From positions 88,581 through 152,580 of the forward strand of contig CAVSOU010000009.1 in the NCBI GenBank assembly GCA_963729625.1: a stretch of DNA of 64,000 nucleotides, read 5' to 3'. Shown here piece by piece: positions 1-9,628 of this stretch. The stretch's first letter is position 1. The number at the start of each line of letters is the position of its first letter. The translations under genes and the position numbers were made by a program. Origin of the DNA: an uncultured bacterium (lineage in GTDB: Bacteria; Chloroflexota; UBA5177; JANWHV01). The notes beneath the pieces are model-generated. The model saw only the letters and a program-made list of their open reading frames with translations, searched no databases and was not told the origin of the DNA.

Positions 1-188
1 TGATGGTGACGAGAGCTCGACGATAACTCAATCGGATCAGACTCTGGAAAGGAGGCAAAGCGAGAAGAGCAGTCGATTGCTAGCGGGTCCCGCCTGGCGC
101 GCGACCAGCAAAGCTGGCGCGAGTCACCGTCGGGCACTCGGCGCACATGGGTTCAGCACCGATTTTCGACTCATAGGAGGCAGCACAT

Positions 189-1256
189 ATGTCCAAGATA
201 CTTCGATTTGCCGTCTCGGCGGCCGCCTTGACGGGGATGTTCGTTGCATCCGTCGGCGCCACGGGTTCGGTTACCGCTCAGCACGCAAACGCGGGCAAGG
301 GAACGATCGCCTTCCTGCGCTCGGGGCCTGACCTGTACTACCAGTACGGGCTCAACGGAGCCGAGGCGGCGGCCAAGCAGTTGGGTTACAAAGTCGTCGA
401 CTACCCTAACCCGACAGTCAGCCCTGCTCAGGAGAAGACGAACATCCAGAACGCCATCGCGGCCGGCGTCGTAGCGATCGACGGCTACTCGGTTGGCCTG
501 GCTACCGAGACCGCCTCGATCGACGCCGCGGCGAGCGCAAACATCCCGATCTTCTTGATGTACGGATACAGCCCCAAGTACATCGCGAATAAGGATGTGA
601 TCGGCTTCGAGCAGGTCAATCTGGGGCCGTTCAGCTACGCTGTTGGCCAGTATGTGAAGACGCACGTCAAGAGCGGGCAGCTCGCGATCATCACCGGACA
701 GCTCGGACGCGGCGACGCGGAAGGATACCGCACCGGCTTCCTGCAGGGACTGGGCTGCGGAAACGATCCGACCGGGGCATACAAGAAGTGCGGCGGTATC
801 GATTACGTCGATCAGGAGAGTGGCGGCTGGCTGCGCCCCACGGCGTACACGAAGGCGCAGGACATCATCGCCAAGTATCCGAATCTCGCCGTCTTGTGGG
901 CGATGAACGAGGACATGGCTGTGGGCGCGCACAGCGCGCTCGTGGCGGCCCACAAGGACAAGCAGGTGATGCTCGTGTCGCAGAATGGCGCGCCGTACGG
1001 CCTTGCCGGCATTTCAGCCGGCTGGCTTCAGGCGTCCGACACCTGCTCGCCGTTCCTGGAGGGCATGATGTCCGTCCGGCTGACCGATGCCTTCCTTAAC
1101 AAGACGATCACCGGCGGTCACCTGTACTACTCGTACTCCGTGTTCGTCACCAAGGCAAACCTCAGCCAGGCAGTGGGCTGGAATCCTGCCAGCTCGTCGA
1201 TCCCAGGGCTTATGAAGCTGCCGCTGCCGAAGCCTGTGAGCCCGGCGCCTATGTGA
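189..1256 (+). CDS. Sugar ABC transporter substrate-binding protein (RbsB-like fold)
   Basis: AGGAGG RBS, N-terminal signal peptide (..QHANA), WAMNEDMAVGA and VSQNG motifs typical of type-1 sugar-binding proteins. Confidence 0.9.
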   Translation: MSKILRFAVSAAALTGMFVASVGATGSVTAQHANAGKGTIAFLRSGPDLYYQYGLNGAEAAAKQLGYKVVDYPNPTVSPAQEKTNIQNAIAAGVVAIDGYSVGLATETASIDAAASANIPIFLMYGYSPKYIANKDVIGFEQVNLGPFSYAVGQYVKTHVKSGQLAIITGQLGRGDAEGYRTGFLQGLGCGNDPTGAYKKCGGIDYVDQESGGWLRPTAYTKAQDIIAKYPNLAVLWAMNEDMAVGAHSALVAAHKDKQVMLVSQNGAPYGLAGISAGWLQASDTCSPFLEGMMSVRLTDAFLNKTITGGHLYYSYSVFVTKANLSQAVGWNPASSSIPGLMKLPLPKPVSPAPM

Positions 1257-1265
1257 GCCATCGCG

Positions 1266-1306
1266 CGTGACTGCGGCTCCTCTCCATGAGAGGAGCCGCA
1301 GTCACG
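1266..1306 (+). terminator. Perfect 19-bp hairpin after SBP gene (terminator or mRNA-stabilising stem)
   Basis: CGTGACTGCGGCTCCTCTC-CAT-GAGAGGAGCCGCAGTCACG starting 10 nt after the stop; no U-tract. Confidence 0.7.
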
Positions 1307-1588
1307 GAACGTGATGGTTGATTGGGGGCGGGGCATCTTTGGCCACGAATCTGCGCAGATTCCGGCGACCCGGAGCGTGCTGGCGGCGACAGAGATTGGT
1401 TTGGCGCTCGACCAACGTGCCCTGCCCCCATGGCGGCCAGAGATCAGGGGTTTGTCGGCGTACCTTGGTGGCCTCGACCGCTACGTTTGGTCGGGCGACA
1501 CGAAGCATCGTCCCGTCCGACGGCTGGTTTGAATGGGCTGTCACGTAGCAGAGCGCCGACAGGCACGCGGGAGGAGAACGATACATCC

Positions 1589-2446
1589 ATGAAGATAGGC
1601 ATTGACAGTTACTGCTTTCATCGGTTCTTCGGTGAGGTCTATCCCGAGCAACCGCCGGCGCCGCGACAGATGACGATGGACGACTTCCTCGCATTCGCGC
1701 ATGAGCTCGGCGTCGACGGCGTGTCTCTGGAATCCTGCTTCTTTCCGTCGCACGATGCGGCCTGGCTTCGAGACCTGAAGGCCAGGCTCGACGATTACGG
1801 CTTCGATCGCGTGTACGCCTGGGGCCATCCCGACGGCCTGGAGGCCGGTAAGAACCGGCGCGCGCTGGACGATATGATCGCGCAAATCCCGAACGCCGCC
1901 ATGATCGGCGCCCCGGTTATGCGTGTCACCGGCAGCAGCCTGATGTTCCGCAACGAGCCTCATCGGCCGCAGCTCGAGATTCTGGCAGGCTGGTTCAAGG
2001 AGGCGATCCCGGTTGCCGAGCGCCACGGTGTGAAGCTGGCCGTTGAAAACCATATCGACTACACTGCCGACGAGATCGTCTGGCTGGTCGAGGCAGTGGG
2101 CTCCCCGTCGTTCGGCGTGAACTTCGACACCGGTAATTTCCTGCGGCTGCTCGACGATCCTATCCGCGGCATGGAGAAACTGGCAAAGTACACGCTGGCC
2201 ACGCATATCAAGGACCTCAAGGTACGCAAAGGTGTCTCCCCAACCGAATGGTTCTTCTTCTCAAGCACTCCCGTGGGCGACGGTCTGGTCGACAATCAGA
2301 AGCTCGCGCGGCTTCTCAGCGACGCGGGCTACCAGGGATTCCTGGCCGTGGAGATCGACCATCTGCATCCGGACTACCAGTATGATGAACACGCGGCGGT
2401 GCGGCAGAGCGTGCTGGAGTTGCGCCGTGTTGCAAGTGGCCTGTAA
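1589..2446 (+). CDS. Sugar phosphate isomerase/epimerase family (xylose isomerase-like TIM barrel)
   Basis: Start moved to ATG 1589 after GGAGGAG; LAVENH, NFDTGN, HIKD, VEID metal motifs. Confidence 0.9.
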   Translation: MKIGIDSYCFHRFFGEVYPEQPPAPRQMTMDDFLAFAHELGVDGVSLESCFFPSHDAAWLRDLKARLDDYGFDRVYAWGHPDGLEAGKNRRALDDMIAQIPNAAMIGAPVMRVTGSSLMFRNEPHRPQLEILAGWFKEAIPVAERHGVKLAVENHIDYTADEIVWLVEAVGSPSFGVNFDTGNFLRLLDDPIRGMEKLAKYTLATHIKDLKVRKGVSPTEWFFFSSTPVGDGLVDNQKLARLLSDAGYQGFLAVEIDHLHPDYQYDEHAAVRQSVLELRRVASGL

Positions 2447-2461
2447 CAGGTAGGATGGGGG

Positions 2462-3631
2462 TTGGCGATGGGCAGTGATTCGATCAATGTCGCCATCATC
2501 GGCACCAAGTTCATGGGCAAGGCGCACAGCAACGCCTGGGCAAACGCTCACCACTTCTTCGATCTCGAACGCAAGCCGGTACTCAAGGTGGCGTGCGGGC
2601 GCGATAAAGAGGACCTTGGGCGATTTGCGCAACGGTGGGGCTGGGAGGATACAGATACCGACTGGCGCAGGGTGATTGCGCGGCCGGATGTAGACATCGT
2701 GGATATCGGCGTGCCGCAGAATCTGCACCGAGAGATCGCGGTGGCCGCCGCTAAGGCAGGAAAGCATATCTTCTGCGAGAAGCCGATCGCGCTTTCGTTG
2801 GCCGAGGCGCGGGAGATGCTCGACGCGGCGCAGGCAGCCGGCGTCGTTCACTACCTCAACCACAACTACCGGCGCGTCCCCGCCGTCGCATTGGCCAGAC
2901 GCCTGATCGACGAAGGCAAGATCGGACGGATCTTCCACTGGCGCGGCGCGTATTTGCAGTCGTGGATCATCAATCCGTCGTTTCCCTTGACCTGGCATTT
3001 GCGACGGGAAACGGCGGGATCGGGGCCGAACGGCGACCTCAATTCGCACAGCATCGATCTGGCGCGCTATCTCGTGGGCGAGATCAGCGAGGTGATGGCG
3101 ATGACGGCGCAGTTCGTAGGCGAGCGACCGCTACCGGGGGCCGGCGCGGCCACGTTCTCCGCGGGTAGCTCAACCGGCGGTGAAGTCGGCAAGGTCACCG
3201 TGGAGGACGCGGCCTTCCTCGTGGCGCGGTTTGCAAACGGCGCGCTTGGGACCTTTGATGCGTCTCGTTTTGCCCTTGGGCGCAAGAACTACAACGTCTT
3301 CGAGATCTACGGAGACAAGGGCAGCATCCTGTTCGACATGGAGCGCATGAACGAACTGCAGTATTACTCGGCGTCAGATCCCGACGATGCGCAGGGCTTC
3401 AGGACCATCCTTGTCACCGAGCCGGTGCATCCATACATTTCGCATTGGTGGCCGCCTGGACATATCATCGGCTATGAGCATGAGTTCAGCCACGCCGTGG
3501 CCGACTTCATCCATGCGATTGCCACAGGCGGGACCATAACGCCGAACTTCGCGGACGGCGTGGCGGGGATGGCTGTTATGGAGGCGGCGTTGAAATCGGC
3601 AGAGAGCGGCCGACTGGTTACCGTCGCCTAG
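2462..3631 (+). CDS. Gfo/Idh/MocA family NAD(P)-dependent oxidoreductase
   Basis: IIGTKFMGKAH Rossmann start, CEKP motif, NYRRVPAV, GDLNSHSID. Confidence 0.93.
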   Translation: MAMGSDSINVAIIGTKFMGKAHSNAWANAHHFFDLERKPVLKVACGRDKEDLGRFAQRWGWEDTDTDWRRVIARPDVDIVDIGVPQNLHREIAVAAAKAGKHIFCEKPIALSLAEAREMLDAAQAAGVVHYLNHNYRRVPAVALARRLIDEGKIGRIFHWRGAYLQSWIINPSFPLTWHLRRETAGSGPNGDLNSHSIDLARYLVGEISEVMAMTAQFVGERPLPGAGAATFSAGSSTGGEVGKVTVEDAAFLVARFANGALGTFDASRFALGRKNYNVFEIYGDKGSILFDMERMNELQYYSASDPDDAQGFRTILVTEPVHPYISHWWPPGHIIGYEHEFSHAVADFIHAIATGGTITPNFADGVAGMAVMEAALKSAESGRLVTVA

Positions 3632-3641
3632 CGCTCGCGGT

Positions 3642-3665
3642 AGGGGGTGGCGCCCGCCACCCCCT
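3642..3665. terminator. GC-rich hairpin between convergent genes
   Basis: AGGGGGTGGC-GCCC-GCCACCCCCT just after the 3631 stop. Confidence 0.6.
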
Positions 3666-3731
3666 TCGGTTTCCGTTGCGCGCCCAGCGCGGAGCGTTGC
3701 GCTCGTAGCTGGTGTCGGATCGCAGCCTGCG

Positions 3732-4568
3732 CTACGCTCGGCCGAGCACGCCCTTCAGGTGAGCAATGGACGTTGCCGCCTGCTCAACCGTTCCGCACTC
3801 GACCGACAGCACGCCGGTGTAGTTGGCGCTTTCCAGGATTTCCACTACCTCGCGCCAGTTCACGGCCCCATCACCGCACGCGCAGCCTACAGGTGTGCCC
3901 GTCACGTGACCGCGCTTTTCCTCCGCCATGTCGAAGGCGATGTCCTTCGCGTGCACATGGACAACTCGGTCCACAACCTGCTTCAGGTCGCGAATTGGAT
4001 CGGAGCCGGCAAGGTAGCTGTTCCCGGTGTCGAAATTGATACGAATCCACGGTGACGGCACGAGCTCGACAATGCGCAGGAGGCCCTCGACCTTCGTCGT
4101 ATACACGCCGTGGGGTTCAATGCCGACGTAGATGCCATAGCGCTCCGCCGTTTGGGCCACCACCGTGAGTGAATAGCGCATCATCTCCCAGGCCTGGTCT
4201 TCGCTCATCCAACCCGGCTTGATCCCTTCGTCGGTGTTGACAACAGGAGCTCCCAGGTCCGAGGCGTAGCGAATGGCCTGCCGCAAGTACGGTACGCCCG
4301 CATCCGGCCGCATGAGCGGCGCGTGTGCCGAAATGCCCGAAGGCTTGAGACCGGCTGCCGCGAGCTGGTCTCGGACTTCGATTGGGTCTTCCTCCATGGT
4401 GCGGAAATGATAGTAGCCGGCTTCGATCAGCAGGTCTCTTCCGGTCATGACGCACGGCTCGAGGTATTCGTATCCCAGTTCGGCAGCTTTCGATACGGCG
4501 TACTCAAAGGGCTTGTCCTCATGCCGAACGAACTCAGCGTTCACGCCTATGCCGATGTGACCAGACAT
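3732..4568 (-). CDS. Sugar phosphate isomerase/epimerase family (TIM barrel)
   Basis: GIEPH, NFDTGN, HVHAKD, LSVE motifs. Confidence 0.9.
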   Translation of the reverse strand: MSGHIGIGVNAEFVRHEDKPFEYAVSKAAELGYEYLEPCVMTGRDLLIEAGYYHFRTMEEDPIEVRDQLAAAGLKPSGISAHAPLMRPDAGVPYLRQAIRYASDLGAPVVNTDEGIKPGWMSEDQAWEMMRYSLTVVAQTAERYGIYVGIEPHGVYTTKVEGLLRIVELVPSPWIRINFDTGNSYLAGSDPIRDLKQVVDRVVHVHAKDIAFDMAEEKRGHVTGTPVGCACGDGAVNWREVVEILESANYTGVLSVECGTVEQAATSIAHLKGVLGRA

Positions 4569-4957
4569 CCCAACAACCTTTCGCTAAGATGATTCCGCGG
4601 CGCCGTTGCCGTCCCTGCCTGAGGCAGCGACCGCTGGTCGGGCTCGACACTGTGAACATACTCGATCTGGGTTGCGTCAGGCGTCGTTTGCGGTACGGGA
4701 GCGGTGAGCAATCTGTCGCCAGATTCGCGGGTCGAGGGAACATCGGCCCCAGAGTGCGGCGCCCTGGTGTCCGCGGAGCCGTCGGTAACGACCGCAGTGC
4801 GCAATCGCATCCGGCTCTCTCGCCCTGGCAGCTCTTTTCCAGCGGGCGAAACGGCCAGGGCTTCGCACTGCCGGCCGCGATAGGCGAGACGATCGCTGGC
4901 CCCGATCGTCCGGCTGTGTGCGTGTTGGGCGATGTACGTGTACCGCAGCGGCGGCTG

Positions 4958-5248
4958 CTAGGGTCCAGGCGGCGCTCCGGATGCATCGGGCGGTGCGGAG
5001 CTCGCGGTAGTGGTTGGAACGGACAGCGACACGGCCGGCTGACTATCCGTGGCCGGAGCGTACTGGCTGATCAGCGTCCGATCGATCCCATGCTGATAGA
5101 CGGTGCCCTGCCAGAAGGATAGGCACCCTGCCGCGGCCAGGCAGAGTGTGACGACGACGAACCGGCGTTGCTTTGCGCCCGGTAAGGCTCGGGCAGCATG
5201 CGGCAGCAATCGGACCAGGTGGGCCGGTTGCGTTGCGGTATGGAGCAT
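4958..5248 (-). CDS. Hypothetical small membrane-anchored protein with Pro/Ser/Thr-rich tail
   Basis: GAGGGGGA RBS before ATG; one hydrophobic segment FVVVTLCLAAAGCLSFW after KQRR; low-complexity C-terminus. Confidence 0.5.
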   Translation of the reverse strand: MLHTATQPAHLVRLLPHAARALPGAKQRRFVVVTLCLAAAGCLSFWQGTVYQHGIDRTLISQYAPATDSQPAVSLSVPTTTASSAPPDASGAPPGP

Positions 5249-5420
5249 AGGTTCCCCCTCGTTTGCCAGTGTTGTCCCTGTGTGGACGTCTGCGCATCAG
5301 GCCGGCGGCGAGCGCCTGCTCAATCGGGCGCATCACGAGTCTCGCCTGGTGGCAGTTGCAGCTCTTGTCGAATATCCAGCAGGAGTATGCTCGGCGATGA
5401 TGGCAGCAATGTGACAATCG

Positions 5421-5460
5421 GGTAAGTGATGGCTAAGAAGTGGCTAAGGCTTTGCTAAGG
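5421..5460. promoter_or_regulatory. Four direct repeats with a TAAG core at 11-bp period; candidate winged-helix regulator site
   Basis: TAAG at 5423, 5434, 5445, 5456 (GCTAAG in the last three) in a divergent intergenic region. Confidence 0.55.
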
Positions 5461-5756
5461 GTCGAGAGGGCTTCTGTGGCACTCATCCACGCACGCCGCG
5501 GACGAGCCTGTCGATCGTGGTAAGCTCAGATTGTGCCTGCTCCGAAGTGGACGCGGTGGCTAGTCCTTGACGGGTGCTTGGTGACAACCTGGGTGGTACA
5601 CGGCGGCTACCGGGCTCCGACTTGGTGACCGGCGCGCCGTGGCCGTCGAGTGGCGCCAACGCGTATGCGCGGTTGCGGACCGTGGCTCGGTAGCGAGCCG
5701 TCCACGATCGAAATGGGTCTGAGGTGATCGGACATACTGCCGAGGAAGGAACAACT

Positions 5757-6737
5757 ATGAGATGCGTACGGCCAACGTTCATTGCACTGGCGATCTTGTT
5801 CAGCGCTTTGCTGCCGTCCGCACGCGTAGCGGTTAGTCATGCGACGGCCGGTAGCTTCGTCGTGGCCAGTGCCCTTGACGACGGCAGTCCAGGCACGCTG
5901 CGCGCTGTGCTGGCCGCCGCGCCCGCCGGTTCGAGCATCACGTTCGCCCAAAGTCTTGTCGGCAAGACCATCACCTTGAGCCTCGGCCCGCTGATCCCGG
6001 TGCACAATGTTGTGATTAGCGGGCCCGGCAGCAGCAGCTTGGCGTTGTCAGGTGCGTATGGCTTCTGCTTGCTACAAATCAACGCAGGCTTGAACGTAGA
6101 GGTTGACGGACTGGCCTTCGTGGACGGCTGCGCCTCGACCACGCCCCTAGGCGCCTCCATCGTTAATTACGGCACGCTCTACATGCACCATGACATGCTC
6201 ATGCAGAACACGGGCGCGCTGGCCGGGGCGATCTACAACACCGGCTACCTGAACGTGTTCAGCAGCACGGTCGTCGACAATGGGGCGGTGCAGAGCCCAC
6301 CGTATGCCGGCGTGCCCATGCTGGCGGGCGGCATCGCCAACCTCGGCATCGCGTACCTTGATGGCGACTCGCTGACCGACAACACTGCCGGGAACGAAGG
6401 CGCCCTCTACAACAAGGGCAGTATGGTCGTGAATAACACCATGTTTCTGCGCAACCAAAGTTACGGCGCTGCCGGAAGCATTGCCAATGTCGGAGGCACG
6501 CTCGCCGTGGCCAGTTCGGTGTTTGAGCAGAACAGTTCGGTCTACGGCCAGGGCGGTATCTACAACATGGCCTCGCTCTCGCTCTCCAGCGTGACTATGA
6601 TGTATAACTCTGGCAAGTACTACACGACCATCGTGAACGCCGTACCCGGCACCGTGACTGTTCGCTACTCACGTATCGACGGGACCTGCCTGGGCGTGGT
6701 TATTCCGACGTGTCCCGTACCGAGCGTCGGCCCGTAG
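5757..6737 (+). CDS. Secreted right-handed beta-helix (pectin-lyase-like/Pmp-repeat) protein
   Basis: GGAAGGA RBS, signal peptide, DDGSPGTLRAVL motif, repeated G(A/G)(I/L)xN units (GAIYN, GGIAN, GALYN, GGIYN). Confidence 0.75.
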   Translation: MRCVRPTFIALAILFSALLPSARVAVSHATAGSFVVASALDDGSPGTLRAVLAAAPAGSSITFAQSLVGKTITLSLGPLIPVHNVVISGPGSSSLALSGAYGFCLLQINAGLNVEVDGLAFVDGCASTTPLGASIVNYGTLYMHHDMLMQNTGALAGAIYNTGYLNVFSSTVVDNGAVQSPPYAGVPMLAGGIANLGIAYLDGDSLTDNTAGNEGALYNKGSMVVNNTMFLRNQSYGAAGSIANVGGTLAVASSVFEQNSSVYGQGGIYNMASLSLSSVTMMYNSGKYYTTIVNAVPGTVTVRYSRIDGTCLGVVIPTCPVPSVGP

Positions 6738-6944
6738 TCTGAGCATTCGCATAACGCCGTCAAACCCCGACCAGGCACATCGCCGCGATTCACTTTGCCG
6801 CGGACCGACCGCACTCCACCTGGCGCCCGGCTGCGAGTCCGCCTGTAGGTCGACGGCAAGCATTGAGCATACACGCACCAGGATGTGGTGGCGCCACGTG
6901 GCTGCAGTCGGCTGTGACTCGAGCAGGATGCGCCGGCGGCACGC

Positions 6945-7928
6945 TTAACAATCGCTCGCCCGAAGGCGGAACTTCTGGAAGGTGTGACAATCGGTGGTCA
7001 CCAAGCCAGTCGGACCGCCGTGCGTGTGTGTGACCTCCGCCACGTACAGGTCGCCGCGCGAATCAACGCCTATGTCGTGGGGGGCGACGAAATTGCCTGG
7101 AGCGCAGCGGTCAGGGCCGCCCCAGCGAGCGACGAGCCGGCCGGCGCGGTCAAACACGCTTACGCGTCCCGGCTGGTCCGCGACGATCTCACCGTGGACC
7201 ATTGACCGGTTGCCGACTTGCCACCAGAGCTCCGCCACGTAGAGGTTCCCTTCGCCGTCGAAGGTCAGGTTCGTAGGCCGCTGCACGTCTGTCCATTGCT
7301 CCAGAAATCCTCCATCGGGTGTGAAGACCTGGACCCGGTCGCTCTCGCGGTCGGCGACGAAGACTCGCCCGTCCCCGGCCACGCAAATTCCGTGCGGCAG
7401 GTGGAACTGACCTGGCCCGATTCCCGGCTCACCCCAGGACTGGACCAGCTTGCCGTCGGCCGTGAAGCGATGGACCTTGCAGTTACCATAGCCGTCGGAT
7501 ACGTAGATATCGCCACCAGGCGCGACGGCGACATTGGTCGGCCGGTTGAAGGGCGGACCGCCACGAATGCTCGCCATGTTTCGTCCATCATACCCAGTCT
7601 CAGAAGCCAAACCCGGCGCTCCAATCGTGCCCAGCAGATCACCGCCCCCCGTGAAGACGTAAATGCACTGACTGCCTTCGTCGACACAGTAGACGTGACC
7701 GTCCGGAGCGACGGTCAAGCCGTGGGTACGCGCGGTAAACAAGTCCTTGCCCCAGGAACGGAGGAAGGCGCCCGCTTGGCTATACACGATCACGCGCGAC
7801 TGATAACGCGTGAGCACGTAGACGTTGTCCTCGGCGTCGACGCCCACGCCCACGCAATCTCGATGCGTGAAGCCGCTCGGCAGCTGCTCCCACTCCTCGA
7901 CTACGTCGTACTGCCGCTCCGCTATCAT
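6945..7928 (-). CDS. NHL-repeat beta-propeller, peptidyl-alpha-hydroxyglycine alpha-amidating lyase (PAL)-like
   Basis: THGL, SDGYGN, LPHGI, ADRESDRV, APHDI motifs; GGAGG RBS. Confidence 0.85.
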   Translation of the reverse strand: MIAERQYDVVEEWEQLPSGFTHRDCVGVGVDAEDNVYVLTRYQSRVIVYSQAGAFLRSWGKDLFTARTHGLTVAPDGHVYCVDEGSQCIYVFTGGGDLLGTIGAPGLASETGYDGRNMASIRGGPPFNRPTNVAVAPGGDIYVSDGYGNCKVHRFTADGKLVQSWGEPGIGPGQFHLPHGICVAGDGRVFVADRESDRVQVFTPDGGFLEQWTDVQRPTNLTFDGEGNLYVAELWWQVGNRSMVHGEIVADQPGRVSVFDRAGRLVARWGGPDRCAPGNFVAPHDIGVDSRGDLYVAEVTHTHGGPTGLVTTDCHTFQKFRLRASDC

Positions 7929-8017
7929 GCTGTTCCTCCCCGTTACGATCTACTTTGTCCCGCTGGAATGCCGGAGTCTGCCCTCACCACCGCTCGAAGC
8001 GACGCGGAACTGCACAC

Positions 8018-9259
8018 TCAAAATGTCACGCGCAGCGCGCTCAGCACGCGTGAATTGGGCTTGTGCACGTCCCAGTCCGGGACGTTGTCGACCAACTGGA
8101 TGTGCGGAAGACGATCGAGAAGCGTCTGGAAGACAATTTGGCCCTCGGCGCGGGACAGTGGAGCGCCGATGCAGAAATGAATGCCCCGGCCGAACGCAAT
8201 ATGCCGGTTTGGGGAGCGCAGGATATCGAATCGTGCGGCGTCGCTGAAGTACGCAGGGTCGCGATTGGCGGCGTTGAGCATCTGGAACACCATTTGTCCA
8301 GCACGAAGCTTACGGCCGTCCAGCTCGGTATCTTGCTTCAGAAGCCGCGGCTGGCGGGCAACGGGACTCTCAAAGCGGAGGATTTCCTCGATCGCCTGTG
8401 TGACGAGGGACCGATCATCCTGAAGCTTCTGCCACTCTCCCGGATGCTGCAGCAGCGTCACGAGTCCGTTGCCGATCAGAGACGTTGTGGTCTCGTGCCC
8501 GGCCACCAGGAGAGTGATGCCCGTGTTGATGATCTCCGCGTCCGACAACACTTCACCATCCGGGCTCCCGGCCGCCATGAGACTGATCAAATCATCCCCA
8601 GGATCGCTGCGTCGCTGTGCCAGGAGAGAGGTCAGATACGCGCGCACCTCGAGCAACGCCTGCTGCGCGGTCAACAGGATCGCCTCGTCGGGCTTGTTCA
8701 CACCTTGAAAGGCAAGGATGCGGTCGGCCCAGCTTCGGAAGAGCAAACCATCGGATGTCGGGACGCCGAGCAGGCCGGCCAGGACCGTGACCGGCACCGC
8801 GAAGGCGAGGTCCTCGATGACCTCCATGCTGCCCGCATCCGCGACACGATCGATCAGGTTGTCGACAATGGATTGGATGTGGGGGCGCATCGCTTCGATG
8901 GCGCGAGGGGAGAACGCCTTCTGAACAAGCCTGCGCAGCCGAGTGTGGTCCGGTGGATCGGAGTGCAGCAACCCCTTGGTGCGGTAGTGATCCTCAAAGG
9001 CGCTCAGCTTGGCGCGGGATTCCGCAGGGAGATACGCCGTCGCGCGCCCGAGGCGCCCTTCGTTGGAATAGGAGGCCACGTCCATAAAGGTAACCACGAT
9101 GTCGTCGTAGCGCGTAAGTACCCATCCGCCGATCGACTCGCTCCAATGCACTGGGTCTATGTCTCGGAGGCGGTCCAGAATCGCGTATGGCTCCCTGACG
9201 AAATCCTCAGACACCAGCAAACCGTCAAGCTTCTGCACATCTCCGGTCAGGTCGTACAT
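8018..9259 (-). CDS. Cytochrome P450
   Basis: DPPDHTRLR, AGHETT I-helix, EILR (ExxR), FGRGIHFCIG heme ligand. Confidence 0.97.
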   Translation of the reverse strand: MYDLTGDVQKLDGLLVSEDFVREPYAILDRLRDIDPVHWSESIGGWVLTRYDDIVVTFMDVASYSNEGRLGRATAYLPAESRAKLSAFEDHYRTKGLLHSDPPDHTRLRRLVQKAFSPRAIEAMRPHIQSIVDNLIDRVADAGSMEVIEDLAFAVPVTVLAGLLGVPTSDGLLFRSWADRILAFQGVNKPDEAILLTAQQALLEVRAYLTSLLAQRRSDPGDDLISLMAAGSPDGEVLSDAEIINTGITLLVAGHETTTSLIGNGLVTLLQHPGEWQKLQDDRSLVTQAIEEILRFESPVARQPRLLKQDTELDGRKLRAGQMVFQMLNAANRDPAYFSDAARFDILRSPNRHIAFGRGIHFCIGAPLSRAEGQIVFQTLLDRLPHIQLVDNVPDWDVHKPNSRVLSALRVTF

Positions 9260-9628
9260 CACATTCCTTTGCGTGTGTTGTTGCCGCGACTCTGGTGGCG
9301 CGGAATGAATTGGCTCGTGTATCTATCGTTCGTGGTAATCGGCTGGCGCCTCGTCCGGTACGTGTCTGCCAAGCGGCCCTGGCGCACGACCTTACCGTAG
9401 GCTGCACCTTCGTACGCTTAACAACAGTCATTCTACGCCTACAGAACACAGTTTGGAGCCGGCCGCAGCCGCGCGCACGGCACGCTTGCCACCACGCCCT
9501 AATGCCAGGATTGCTGAGCCTGCTGCAATGGAGTACTGTTGATATCGAGAAACGGATAGCACGAATGGGCTAGTAAATTCTGTCGCGGTGGCGATGTTCG
9601 AGAGGCTCGTCAGTCCCGAGGAAGTGCA

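Noticed and set aside
2462-3631. Calling this levoglucosan dehydrogenase (lgdA)
   Set aside because: Family resemblance only; the C-terminal substrate loop (WWPPGHIIGYEH) differs from LgdA as recalled
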